Shown here piece by piece: positions 49,601-61,855 of a stretch of 64,000 nt of DNA. The DNA lies in contig NW_026930361.1 in NCBI RefSeq assembly GCF_032062105.1, positions 248,001-312,000 of the forward strand, read 5' to 3'. Numbering within the stretch: position 1 is the stretch's first letter; every line of letters starts with the position of its first letter. Made by a program: the position numbers and the translations under genes. This stretch comes from Saccostrea cucullata. Taxonomy: Eukaryota. Below the pieces are notes generated by a model. The model had not been told where the DNA came from and made no database searches. It was given only the letters and a program-made list of their open reading frames with translations.

Positions 49601-52600
49601 TGACTTCTGTAGGGAGAGGCAATGGTGAGCTACGCAATGTGGAAAAGAATCGCGGAATCCGAACTCCATCTCCAGAATTCCATACAGAGAGTCCTCAGTA
49701 TCGAAACCGTACTGGTAATTGGTCGTGGGCACCCATTTAAATTCCATCTCATCCTCATTGGGAACTTCCTTCTCTGCAAAAATAAAAAAAATTAAATGTT
49801 AAAAAGCAAATCATTCATTAAGTACAGTGCTTACGAAGTAACCTGCTATATACAGTAAATGTCTTTTTTATCCTGCAGTCATTGGTCTGTAGGCTATTTT
49901 ACAAATTAAATGTATTTAATGATTTAAACAGAAATGAACGAGAAACTAATCAAACCTTCTACTCCAACCCCCAGAACAAAGACCTCATCCTTGATAAGTC
50001 TTGCTGGAACATCAACTTTGTCAGACTGTTGTAGAGATCTAGCCATGCGGAATCCAGCATGCTGAATGAAGTGTCGTCTGAAGGCGAATCTGGCAAACTT
50101 TGATGCTTCATCCCCAGTAGCTATCCAGGATCCACCCTTTGAAAGAAATTTGATATTCGCTTAGAATTCATTCAATTTTGTAAATAGAAGCCTATTATTT
50201 CTTTCAATCATATACTTGACATGAAACACTTACCAGGATGAGGTTGTGCCTGCCATCAAAGCATGGGGAGGAGAAATCATCATAGAACCAGTGGCTGTCG
50301 TAACCGTCCAGACCATTAAAGTGGTCCTCTGCCCACTCCCACACATTGCCAAATATGTCATGGAAACCAAGCTCATTGCCTGGGTACATGTTCACAGGCT
50401 GTAAAAAAAAAAAAGGGCCAAACAGGTTTGAAATTTTTATCCTTGTCCTTTGGAATTTTATGACTTTGATTGTTTTGACTGCGTATCAAGAGCACAGACA
50501 ACATACTGTTGAGGAGCCATATTGTAAGTTGATGTTGGCCTTGGGTTTCTTCTGATAAATGATGTCTCCATCTGTTCCACCATTCTTCATCAACTGAAAA
50601 AGTTTGAACATCCATTAGTTACAAAGTTTTACTCCTTATCTGTCAGTTTTGAAACTCAATCAGAAGAATGTGCGATTAACAAATGACCTTCACCTTGTTT
50701 CCTTTCATCACATTTCGTTCGGCCTCTGTTGGAAGTCGGAATCCAAAACCCTTCCATGCACAGAAAGCTCTGGCCTGGTGGTAGTTCACATCCACTGGCC
50801 AATCAAGGGGCATAGGCAGCACGTCAAACATGGCTCGGTACCTGTTCAAAATACATTATGTCTATAGCTCAAGTTCAGTTCGAATAATTAATTATATCCC
50901 AATCCTTCATTCAGGTTTACAATGGTTTATATAAATATGGTACATGTAGACCTTAAGCTTACATGTAATTTTTCTTTTCTCCTCCATTGATGATCTCCCT
51001 GGAGTGACCGTTGGTCAGTGATCCATTCATTACACCGTTACTGACAGTGTTGGGGAGATGACAGTGGGAGTACTGAGATAAATCAGCTCCACAACCTCCC
51101 TTACATCCTGTAAGACACAGCATTAAGTTCTATTTATCAATTTTTCTCTTGTAATCACAATGCCACTTTTATGTGTTTTAAAAAATGCTCCCTTCCTCCC
51201 AGATAATTGAGATACAAGTTGTACCTTAAAATAAAATGTGTGTTTTCTCTAAATAAATAACATTTTGGTGTACATATAGAATGGGCCCCACATATATCTT
51301 CTGAATTTAAAAAAAAATCTCCCTATTAAACCAAGCTGGGAAGGCCTGCACCATTGCCTAGTGGCCCCTCACCCTCACCGTGATTGCACACCCAGAAGAC
51401 GGGGTGCTTGGATTGTCTGTACTCCTTCCACTTCCACCCCTCCTCTGTCCAGAACTTCTCATCCTCGTACCCCCCACTCTCCACAAACTCCAGGAACTCC
51501 CCATTGGTGATCATAAACTTGGAGGCCTCAAAGGCAGGAACTCTAAAAATTTAAATTTCAATATTCCAAATGGAAAGTTCCAAGTCTGACTCAGATCTTT
51601 TTCTCTGCATACAAAGATCTCTTATATCTTTTTTAATATATCCATATAAAAAATCTTAATTAAACATCCATACTGAAAAGTTTTAAGAGATTTTCACCTG
51701 GTGGAAAATTCTCCATATTCATTGTCCCATCCATAGGATGGGAACTCTTTGGGCTTCCCAAACTTGATGTCTTGAGCCTCGACAGAAATCAGGGGATTCT
51801 CTTCGACTCTTCCTCCTGCATTTATCAATCAGGTCATTTTTCCAACATACATATACTCTTTACTCTTGATGCCTTAATATTAAAACTTAAATCATCTTAC
51901 CACATTTGTATGGGGCATACACCCATCCCTTTGGTTTGGTGACCAATTCCACCGGCAGCTGACGAATCAGCACTGAGGAGGTCTCCAGATGGATTCTCTC
52001 ATGCTCAATTCCCATCAGGATTGCCCACTACAGAGAGAAATGCTACCATGTCAAAATACATTTCACATTCACAAAAAGTATTCTATTTGTTGCTGACTAA
52101 TGTGTACTAGAGCAAATCATTGCTCTCCCTGAAAAAAAATGATATGTAATTGAAGAGGCTGAAAATGTGACTGGACCATAATGGGATTTGAACCAGGGTC
52201 CCCTGAAACTCCCGTCAGGTGCTCTATCAACTGAGCTATCTGGCCACCAGTGATCAAGCCTGTCTGACCACCACAGTTATATGAAGTATACTTCAGCTTT
52301 TGTTAGTTGGAAAAAAATTACCAGGGTATCAAGAACATTCTACAATATTCTACAATTTTTTTTTATTTACCCATGGTGACTCCATGGTAACAGGAAGTTC
52401 TAGCGGTGTGTCGTGTATCGCCTTCAGGACCACATTTCGTACGTTTCTTCTGTACTCCACCACCGAGTCAACAGATGGCCACTTGTAGCTGCCACCCATA
52501 CGGTAATTTTCCTGATGAAAATGCAACATTTTAAAATAACTGATTTTCTGTTGAGTTTTTAAAGAAGAAAATTCTAATTGTGGCTTCAATAAATGTAGAT

Positions 52601-54986
52601 CTTACTGTGTCATCCCAAGACATTTCATCAACACCAGTCTCAAACATTGTCTCAAACTCCAAGTTCACTCGCTCCTGAAAATTAAATGAGAAATCTTTTG
52701 CAATATACTGGTAATATGCAAATCAAACGTGATAGGACTCATCTGCACCCTGTATATACTGTACTAGACATTTTTGATATAAGATCAATTACATTGGCCC
52801 CAACTGCAATCTGATCCTGGATGCAGGGAATTTCTCAATTAAATATGAAGAATCCATTGTTCAACATCAAAATGAACCAAATTTTCTGCTTAATGTTCAG
52901 AGATAACTCCTATTCTATTGCTTAAAACTTGGAATAGTGGACAAGGTTTTCAAAATTATGGTAAATAACTAATGGCTTATCTCTATGTAACTATATATGG
53001 GTCCTAATAACATCCTTTTTAAATACAGAGTTGACATCAGCAAATATCTGAGGAAGTGACTGATAAAACAGTGATATAACACATTTTCCTGGTCAATGTT
53101 ACAATTTGCTCTGAGATGTTTAGTATATGAAATACACTTCTATATTATAGATTTTGTGTATGTGTAATGTTATTAAGCTAAGGAAGAAAAAATCAGCTAT
53201 GTGTCATTCTGACTATCACTGCTCTTTTTTTTTTTTCCTTGATTATACTTTAATTTTAATATACAGTAAAAATCGGTTATAATGAAGTCACTTGGACCTA
53301 TGAAATTACTTCGCTATATCCGTAATTCGTAAAATCCGTATAAGGGTTCGTTAAATTTAATATAATTGGGGATCCAAGATGAATTCGCTATATCCATGAA
53401 TTTGCAATATCCGTGTTCGTACTTAACGAGTTTTACTGTATTGATTAAAATCTTTTAATCTTTGTACGTACTGTAATGAGGCCTGCTAACATCAGTTTGT
53501 TGACGTATACCACGGCAGTGTGGCAGAAGTAGAAAATAAGTGGCAGACGCAACCTGTCTGGGCATTTGTAAAACACAGAATCATCTAAAACCAAAAAATA
53601 ATACCGGTAATAAAAAACACCATATTTGGAAAAATACTTTATATCCCTGAAAATGAAATAAAAGTTTCAATGATAAGCTTCTGTAAAGTTTGAATCCCTT
53701 GGAGAATTAAAAATTCAAGCACAAAATTGCACACATTCTTCATATATTTTTCTTTCAATGTTACTCTCTTATAATGATCATAATTAAGTGATGACAACAG
53801 CCCCCCCCCCCCCCCCACACACACACTTAACCTTTCATTATCTTGAATCAAGGTCACAACACATACTGAGAAGTCAAAAGCATTTTTCTTCTCAAGTGAG
53901 ATATTCTAATGTTTCTCAGTATCCAAGTTACATAGCAGATGCAATTGCATAGACAGTCAGACAGACAGACAAACAGACACGGTGGTTCCTGTATACCCCC
54001 AGCTTTAGATTGGATGCAATTGCACAAACAGACAGACAAGGCTATACCTGTATACCTGCAAGCTAATAATTTGTGAAATACTTAACCTATCATTAGACAA
54101 TTTAATTGCTAGTGTTATATTTTGTTATTTCTCTATGCACAGAGTAATGCAGGGTCAGAAAATGGGGACTGCACACTTAAAAGATCACAGTGCTCTGTCC
54201 TTTTTGTTTAGCATTTAAACGTGTCTGGAATTCAATACCTTTGAGTGCAGTGAACAAGCTCTCATTGAGGTCATAACTGTTCTCAAAATATTCACACAGT
54301 TCTCTGAAAATAACAAAAGCAAAATATTGATAGTATCTGCGACAGTTTGATACACATATTGTCATGATTAACTGACACGGTTTTTTTTATGTTAATGAGA
54401 AGTTACGAAAAGAGTCATTTGGGAACAGTTACATAAAATAAAAAAATCTGCAGAAAAAAGGTTACGTAAACAAAAATTCCTCAGTATCATCGTTTCAAAG
54501 GCACCTAGATAATAATCTTTTAAACATGAATGACTTTGAATAATTTTGTGATCAATCCACTTTTATGAATTTTTTGAAAATAAATATGCATATTTAAATC
54601 ATTTTCAGTCTCAACTCATTGATGGTTTCATTTCATGCTACAATTTTAAAATAACATCTCATCTACCAGTATTCCATTTTGAATATCACTTCAAATAAAT
54701 GTGAATGCTGAATTAGAAGGTTCTTATTAAATAATAAAAGGCCTAGAAATCTTAATTGCCTAATTGTACCAACATTAAACGACATTTCTTCTAAAGTTCT
54801 GAAACAAACTTGTGTTTTATATGTGAATCTGGAATCCGAATCTAATCATGTCCAGATGATTAATTAGTAAAGGAAAAGTTTCAATACCTCCACGTAGACA
54901 TTATAATACCTTTTTGTACAATTGGACAAGTCTGGTGGTTTTAATGATTTAAAGGTAAAGTTCCCAGTGAGAATTTTCGACTGCAT
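46671..54986 (-). CDS. ovoA: Ovothiol biosynthesis enzyme OvoA (5-histidylcysteine sulfoxide synthase: DinB, FGE-sulfatase and methyltransferase-like domains), ~19 coding exons
   Basis: Spliced translation MQSKILTGNFTFKSLKPPDLSNCTKRELCEYFENSY...RLRLPLIFYFCHTAVVYVNKL...FETGVDEMSWDD...MGIEHERIHLETSSVLIRQLP (iron motif HxxxHxE)...SYGWDNEYG...ITNGEFLEFVESGGY...WPVDVNYHQARAFC..RLPTEAE...GNVWEW...YDDFSSPCFDGRHN..GGSWIATG....RFAFRRHFIQHAGFR...VTVWQRQ*. Probable non-coding first exon with a donor at ~55599. Confidence 0.93.
48268..48590 (+). mobile_element. Short HINE-like element in an ovoA intron
   Basis: TTATACCC..hairpin, (GTCC)n tract and a GTGAGCTCATTGCTCAC terminal hairpin. Confidence 0.55.
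52172..52245 (-). pseudogene. tRNA-derived sequence (SINE head or tRNA pseudogene) in an ovoA intron
   Basis: GGCCAGATAGCTCAGTTGATAGAGC (A box/D arm) ... GGTTCAAATCC (B box). The anticodon loop is irregular and the acceptor stem is poorly paired. Confidence 0.6.
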
Positions 54987-55659
54987 TCTCTGATGGACAA
55001 AGTTCCTTTGTTGTCACCAGAAAAAAGCTATGGATTATCAACTCTGACTGGTCAGGATGTTTATATCTGTTGCCTTGGTAACTGAAGAGGACAGCTGGAC
55101 ACAGCGGAATGAACTTCCTACAATGGGTATGCATATCATATTAAATAAGACCTTGAGAATTATCTTGGATTTACTGTTTACTTAAGTTACATATTATTAA
55201 TTAAAAAAATGGTAATAATAATACCTTTAGTAAAAATGAGCACAAACTTTATAAAAGTGTGTTACATACTTTGCTCCAGATAATATTTAAAACAAGTCTT
55301 TCTTTTTCTTTTTGATTACTGTTATAAATATATATATATTGAGAAGCTATATATCTTAATTTGTTCCAAAAAAAAATAAACTATCAAATTAATCGTCAGA
55401 AACTTTAAGAATAGGTTAATGGACTTAACCCAGATAGCTGAATTAGGAATTAGTGAATAAGATTTTGCAATTATCAGAAAATCCATAGATTATCCATAAC
55501 TGTTGCGCAACATGGCATGCAAATAATTCAGAGCATACTATTTGTACAGTAAAATCTTTCCAAATCTTAGCCGTTTATTAAATGACAATATAATCATACC
55601 TGTTATTGTGACCGCAACCTACTCGAGTATGGTTTGCTTCACTGTAAACGGCAAGTTAT

Positions 55660-55795
55660 ATTAACTCACGTGTAGTTCAACTCACGTGTCAGGGCTTCTT
55701 GATTCGATTGGTCGCACCTCCGAGTAGAGTTTAATACCATTGGTCTGACGATTTCACACCCCTGATCTCTTTGCATATGTAGGTCAAGCTGACCA
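55660..55795 (-). promoter_or_regulatory. ovoA proximal promoter motif cluster
   Basis: AACTCACGTGT twice (E-boxes at 55667 and 55683), two CCAAT boxes (ATTGG at ~55707 and ~55739), RORE-like ATATGTAGGTCA at 55775-55786, and the palindrome GGTCAagcTGACC at 55782-55794. Confidence 0.55.
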
Positions 55796-57248
55796 TGAAC
55801 AAGGCAAAACACAAACAAACCAGCAAAGAGTTGGGATTAACGATGTATCTTATAAAAAAAAATGATACAGCCCTACTAGAATATCCAAAACACTTGCCTC
55901 CCGGAAAAGTTTATTGTTAATAGTTATAGATCTATATAGTGGTGAATTTTGATTTGAACATATTTTTATTGTTTAACGCAAAAGGATCTGAAAGAAGTTC
56001 TTACAACTTATAAGTTCTTTTGGTGTTAGGAAAGTTGATACAGTTAGTACAATTGTCATAATAATAACACAGTGAAGTAAATATTGACAAGTAACATGAT
56101 TAAATTTAAATGTTAATTAAATTTTCTATGTGGTGCATACCCTCCCCCTCAAATTTGACCAGTATAAAATCTGTTCAATAATAAGCACAGAACCCTAGAT
56201 TCCCACTTCGAAATAGTGTTACATTTATTTCTTGACAGCATTAATCGTGTGTGAACTTTGCAGGTGGACATCAAAGCACTGAAAGTACTGAAAAGCAGTA
56301 TCTGGGATTTATCGCAAAACTTGTACGAAATGTTGAGTTTTAGTATTTTCAATAATACCACACAAATACAATTAAGTAGCATAAATACTGAGCTTTGCTG
56401 CATTTTACTAATTAATGAAAGAGCTATTAACATAAAGATATATATATTTTTAAATATTGCAGTCATAAATGCATATGTTAAAAAAACTTGTATTTCCCTT
56501 GAAAAACAAAAATATCAAATTTTGGAATTCACTGCAGGTGAGTTCCAATGACTTTATTTGCAGATCTCTATGGCTCTGACATAAAACCATTTTGATGTTG
56601 ATGCCCCGTATGGGAGCCCATAAGAAAAGTAAAATTTTCTCAAATGCAGGTTAAACTCCAAGGTTTTCAGACACCAACATTTTTATTTTTTTCAAAGAAA
56701 GAACTTGTTTTAATTTTATGAATGTATATGTACTTGTAAATTTTGAAAGCCCAAGAACCAACCGATCAAAATTTATGGCCTGGTTTGTTAAAAAATTGGG
56801 TCAAACTCCAAAGGTCAAAATCAACAATACCCATGGAAAATTCTATTTAAAGGAAATACTACTTTACATATATTTGTGAAGCATGAAAGCGATAGCACCA
56901 ACTGTACGAAAGTTATGATTAGGGTTAAATTTGATTTTTTTTTTTATTTTGTAAAGGTTAGCCAAATTTCAAGGTCAGAAGGGGTATTAAATACATATGG
57001 GAAATATTAAAGTCACAGTTCCAATTAATCTAAAGTTATGGTCAATATTCAATATTTAGGTTTTGCGGATAAACAGACGAACAGACAGACATAAAAGCGG
57101 ACAGATAGACGGACGGACAAGACAAAAACTATTCGCTCTCAAATCCCCCATTATCTTTATAAGTTAAGAAGACACGATGACGAATCTATGTTACAATTTT
57201 TGCTAACTTTGATAAGTTGTTTAGTGGGTTACGATTGTGACAGATAAG

Positions 57249-60200
57249 TGTAATGTTATTATAATACGAATGTGTAAATGTACGAACCGAATGATGTACA
57301 AGTTACTTTTATGTGTGTCGTTGAATAAACGTTTTCCTGTTTTGTACACACGTGTTGTCAGTTGTGAATCCGCATATCCAGCCAGGGAACCCACATTATA
57401 AGACTAATACAAAACAATACATGGTGTCAGAAGTGGCGGATAGTTCCACCTTCACAAGTAAGACACGGCTATCATGGAATTATGCGGCATTCCCCCACCG
57501 ACCATGGACTGGTCTAGTTCGAATTTGCCCGAAGCCTGGAAAAAGTTTGAACAACATGTGAAGCTGATTTTCGCAGGCCCATTGAAAGAAAAGAATGAAG
57601 AAGAACAAGTCTCATACCTTTTATTGTGGATTGGCGAGAAAGGTCGTGATATTTACAACACTTTCCCAGCATTTTCGAACGACGACATGAAGAAACTACA
57701 ACCACACTATGATAGATTCCTCAGGTACGTTCAACCCAAGTTAAACCCAATCTTCGCCAGATACAAGTTTAACAATGAAGTACAGGGAACAAACACGTTT
57801 GATCAGTTTGTGACTAAACTAAAACTATTAGCAAGGGACTGCAACTTTAGTGACGCAGAGGAAATGATAAGAGATAGAATCGTGTTTGGGATACAATCAG
57901 AAAAAATTCGGGAAAAACTTATTAACGTTGGCGAGGCACTCACCCTAGATAAGGCTGTACAGATAGCTCAGGCATACGAGTACTCTCAGGAACAGCTCAA
58001 ACTCATGGGACAGCAATCGGTACACATACAAGCATTGTCCAAGTCTACACCCCATACACACTCACCTGCAGAGAGGAGCGGTAGGAGACCACCCCACCAG
58101 ACGAAGACGCGATCCACTCAGCCAAAGACTCCGACAAAGTTTCCGTCTACCCCGAAGACGAAGCCATGCGGAAAGTGCGGAAAGCGACATGGAACTCAGG
58201 ATACTTGTCCGGCACAAGGCCAGAGGTGCAACAATTGCCACAAGTGGAACCACTTCGCCAGTGTGTGTCGTTCGCGATCCGTAAATGACATTAACCATGT
58301 GAACTCGAGTGACTGTCTGCAGAAGCCCAGTGAAATGAACAATGTTAATCGTGAAAGTGACAATACTTATACACAGAGATCTGTTGACATTAATCATGAT
58401 ACATGTAATGTGATTGGCAATTTTGTTCATGAGTCAGATTCAGATTTTAACATTGACAATGTTGATAGCAATGTTGAGCATGATCAAGCATTTATTAACA
58501 TTAAGCTAGGCCCAAACCACAAAGAGGTTAGGTTCAAAGTAGATACAGGGTCTCAAGTCAATATTCTGCCCGAATCTTTGTACATTGATTTAGCCCCCTA
58601 TCACACATTAGGCAAATCTAAGATTAAGCTTTTTGCTTATAATGACCACTCTGTACACCCCATAGGCTATTCTGTTATTCAAAGCAACCTTAAGGGTAAG
58701 GACTATAGCATTGAGTATCAGGTCGTACAGACACATTCGCATCCAATTATAGGTTTACGAGCATGCTTAGATTTAGGCATAGTTCACCTCACTTACTCTA
58801 TTGATAAGGTTATGCCCTTCAGTAAGAGTCATGTGCTTAGTCAGTACTCAGATGTATTTCATGGCATTGGTCTGTTTGCAGGAGAATGTACTTTTCAGGT
58901 TGATCCCAATGTTAGACCGGTTGTCAACCCCCCGCGCAAGGTGCCTGTAGCCCTACGCGACAAGCTAAAAGTAGAGTTAGACAGAATGGAGTCGGCGCAA
59001 ATCATCACCAAGGTAACAGAACCAACAGAATGGGTGAACTCATTAGTCGTTACTACAAAGCCAGCATCAGGAAAGCTAAGAGTATGTTTGGATCCCTTGG
59101 AACTCAACAAAGCCATTATGAGACCACATTACCCTATGAGGACCTTGGATGATATCCTTCCTCAAGTCTCAGGTGCCAAGTACTTTTCCAAGTTAGATGC
59201 CAGCTCTGGTTACTGGACTGTTCGACTTTCACGTGAATCATCACTGCTCACTACATTCAATACTCCATTCGGGAGATATCGCTACCTGCGTTTACCATTT
59301 GGCTTGAAGAATTCACAAGACATCTTCCAGCAGAAGATAGACCAGTGCTTCGAAGGAATGTCCGGAGTTGCTGCCATTGTTGATGACATATTGGTTTACG
59401 GCAGGACCCCGCAGGAGCACAATGACAACCTCATCAAGGTGTTAGATAAATGCAGGAGTGTGGGCATCAAGATGAACAAGGAGAAGTTACAAGTGGGAGT
59501 TCAGGAAGTTGAATATTTTGGCCACATCCTCTCAGCAGATGGATTGAAGCCAGATCCCTCTAAGGTAGCTGCTATCAAGGATATGGAGCCTCCTTCCAAT
59601 AAGTCAGAGCTTCAGACTATCATGGGTATGATCACTTACCTCTCAAAGTTTGCACCAAATCTTGCTAACATCACCAGCCCGTTACGTCAGCTGCTGCTGA
59701 AAGACTCGGAATTTATATGGGATACACCACAGGCCCAGGCATTCCAGAAGGTCAAGGACCTTATAACCAGAACACCTGGACCTCTGCTTACATACTTTGA
59801 CCCAGGAAAAGCAGTAGTCTTGGAGACTGACGCATCTCAGTTTGGGCTCGGAGCAACACTTTTGCAGGATGGCAAACCAGTTGCATTTGCTTCAAAGTCA
59901 CTAACCCAAGCGGAAATCAAGTACGCCCAGATAGAGAAGGAGATGTTGTCTATCCTCTTCGGCTGCAAGAAATTTCACCAGTACCTATATGGTAGGGAAG
60001 TCCAGGTCCATACAGACCACAAACCCCTAGTTGCCATTCACGCAAAGCCGCTCGCACAGGCTCCAGCGAGGCTACAAAGGATGCTTTTGCAACTGCAGGC
60101 TTATGATCTGAAGTTGACGCACATCCCAGGCAAGGACATACCTATTGCTGATACACTTTCACGCAAGTTTTTGCCAGATACTTACCCACAGCTAACAGCA

Positions 60201-61855
60201 GGCATGGACTTACATGTGCACACAGCTACGTCCAGCACAAGGATGAGCGATAGAAGATTAGAGGAAGTCAAATTAGCAACTCAAGCTGACCTACAGATGA
60301 AAATACTTAAGAACATTATACATGATGGTTGGACTGAAAGACGCAAGAAATTTCTATCCCTAGCACTAGAATATTTGAACCACAGGGATGAGTTGACAGA
60401 GAGAAATGGCATTATATTTAAGGGTCACAAGATAATCATACCAAGAGACTTAAGACGCCAGATGATGGAAGCTGTACATATAGGTCACATGGGTGTGGAA
60501 AAATGCTTAAGGAGAGCTAGAGACATTATATTTTGGCCCAGGATGTCAGCAGACATCACAAACATGGTTCTGGAATGTGGAGTTTGCTTAGAGAAAAGAA
60601 ACTCGAACACCAAGGAGCCACTGATCAGTCATGATATTCCAGACTACCCATGGGAGACCATAGCTACAGATTTGTTCACATGGAACAACCAGGAGTACCT
60701 GTTAGTAGTTGATTACTACAGTAGATACTTTGAAGTAGAGAAACTACACAAGACAACCAGTCAAGCTGTTATAGAGAAGATGAAGAAGATTTTTAGTAGG
60801 CTTGGTATTCCACGGAAAGTCGTATCGGATAATGGTCCACAATACGCAAGCCAAGATTTCTCCACTTTTGCTCAGGATTATGACTTTAACCATGTCACTT
60901 CCAGTCCAAAGTATCCACAGTCCAATGGACTAGCGGAAAAGACAGTACAGATTGCCAAAAGAATTTTGGACAAGAGCAAGGCAGATGGGAAAGATTATAA
61001 CCTAGGACTACTAGAGTACAGGACAACACCTTTGAGCTTAGGCTACTCGCCCGCCCAACTATTGATGAGTCGCAAGTTGAGGTCCATACTTCCAGTAGTT
61101 CCAGATGAGCTGAAACCAAAGGTGCCAGTCAGAGTTAAGGAATTGATGGTAGCAGAGAGAGAGAAACAGAAAGGATACTATGATCGCAGTGCTAAGCCTT
61201 TACCACCGCTTTCAGTAGGAGACAGTATAAGGTACCAAGAAGGGAAACTATGGAAACAAGGAATAGTCACCAAAGAAGAAGGAGACAGATCGTACACAGT
61301 TAAAAGCACTGAGGGAGCAGTATACCGGAGAAACAGACGACACCTGATCAAGTCAAAAGAAAAGTTCGAGCCTGATGTATCAGATTCCAATATCGTCAAT
61401 TTCGCAGAACCTTCTGCCTCACCTCCCATTCCAACTACAGCAAATAGTCTTCCGAATCCTGTTGAACCAATCTCCGAACCAGCTACTGAGGCTAAGCATG
61501 ACTCCCCTGCTACATGTAATCCCACTCGTTATATTTCTCGTTATGGTAGGATTGTTAAGCCCAAAGTAATTGTGTCTATGTAGATGTTTAAGTAGGAGAA
61601 TGGTCTTGTTAGGTCAAACATGTGTTTCAGATTTTGGTTTTTATTTTTTTGCATACATGTTATTCACTCAAAAGAAGGGAGATGTAATGTTATTATAATA
61701 CGAATGTGTAAATGTACGAACCGAATGATGTACAAGTTACTTTTATGTGTGTCGTTGAATAAACGTTTTCCTGTTTTGTACACACGTGTTGTCAGTTGTG
61801 AATCCGCATATCCAGCCAGGGAACCCACATTATAAGACTAATACAAAACAATACA
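57249..61855 (+). mobile_element. Full-length Ty3/Gypsy (Mag-clade, Steamer-like) LTR retrotransposon
   Basis: 173-bp TG...CA LTRs at 57249-57421 and 61683-61855, identical by eye. 5-bp TSD ATAAG. PBS TGGTGTCAGAAGTGG (tRNA-Leu) at 57422. PPT AAAAGAAGGGAGA before the 3' LTR. Confidence 0.97.
57474..61583 (+). CDS. Gag-Pol polyprotein (1369 aa, single ORF)
   Basis: Zinc knuckles CGKCG..H....CPA....CNNC..WNHF..VC, protease VDTGS, RT LDASSGYW...LPFGL...IVDDILVY, RNase H TDAS..GLGA..YAQIEKE..TDHKPL, and integrase HHCC plus D-D-E (TDLF, SDNG, AEK). Confidence 0.97.
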   Translation: MELCGIPPPTMDWSSSNLPEAWKKFEQHVKLIFAGPLKEKNEEEQVSYLLLWIGEKGRDIYNTFPAFSNDDMKKLQPHYDRFLRYVQPKLNPIFARYKFNNEVQGTNTFDQFVTKLKLLARDCNFSDAEEMIRDRIVFGIQSEKIREKLINVGEALTLDKAVQIAQAYEYSQEQLKLMGQQSVHIQALSKSTPHTHSPAERSGRRPPHQTKTRSTQPKTPTKFPSTPKTKPCGKCGKRHGTQDTCPAQGQRCNNCHKWNHFASVCRSRSVNDINHVNSSDCLQKPSEMNNVNRESDNTYTQRSVDINHDTCNVIGNFVHESDSDFNIDNVDSNVEHDQAFINIKLGPNHKEVRFKVDTGSQVNILPESLYIDLAPYHTLGKSKIKLFAYNDHSVHPIGYSVIQSNLKGKDYSIEYQVVQTHSHPIIGLRACLDLGIVHLTYSIDKVMPFSKSHVLSQYSDVFHGIGLFAGECTFQVDPNVRPVVNPPRKVPVALRDKLKVELDRMESAQIITKVTEPTEWVNSLVVTTKPASGKLRVCLDPLELNKAIMRPHYPMRTLDDILPQVSGAKYFSKLDASSGYWTVRLSRESSLLTTFNTPFGRYRYLRLPFGLKNSQDIFQQKIDQCFEGMSGVAAIVDDILVYGRTPQEHNDNLIKVLDKCRSVGIKMNKEKLQVGVQEVEYFGHILSADGLKPDPSKVAAIKDMEPPSNKSELQTIMGMITYLSKFAPNLANITSPLRQLLLKDSEFIWDTPQAQAFQKVKDLITRTPGPLLTYFDPGKAVVLETDASQFGLGATLLQDGKPVAFASKSLTQAEIKYAQIEKEMLSILFGCKKFHQYLYGREVQVHTDHKPLVAIHAKPLAQAPARLQRMLLQLQAYDLKLTHIPGKDIPIADTLSRKFLPDTYPQLTAGMDLHVHTATSSTRMSDRRLEEVKLATQADLQMKILKNIIHDGWTERRKKFLSLALEYLNHRDELTERNGIIFKGHKIIIPRDLRRQMMEAVHIGHMGVEKCLRRARDIIFWPRMSADITNMVLECGVCLEKRNSNTKEPLISHDIPDYPWETIATDLFTWNNQEYLLVVDYYSRYFEVEKLHKTTSQAVIEKMKKIFSRLGIPRKVVSDNGPQYASQDFSTFAQDYDFNHVTSSPKYPQSNGLAEKTVQIAKRILDKSKADGKDYNLGLLEYRTTPLSLGYSPAQLLMSRKLRSILPVVPDELKPKVPVRVKELMVAEREKQKGYYDRSAKPLPPLSVGDSIRYQEGKLWKQGIVTKEEGDRSYTVKSTEGAVYRRNRRHLIKSKEKFEPDVSDSNIVNFAEPSASPPIPTTANSLPNPVEPISEPATEAKHDSPATCNPTRYISRYGRIVKPKVIVSM

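Noticed and set aside
46671-54986. ovoA as bacterial contamination or recent horizontal transfer
   Set aside because: It has many spliceosomal introns filled with host repeats, and ovoA is established in marine invertebrates.
57514-61569. Antisense and alternate-frame ORFs within gag-pol
   Set aside because: Shadows of a long coding region, with no env-like or other independent features.
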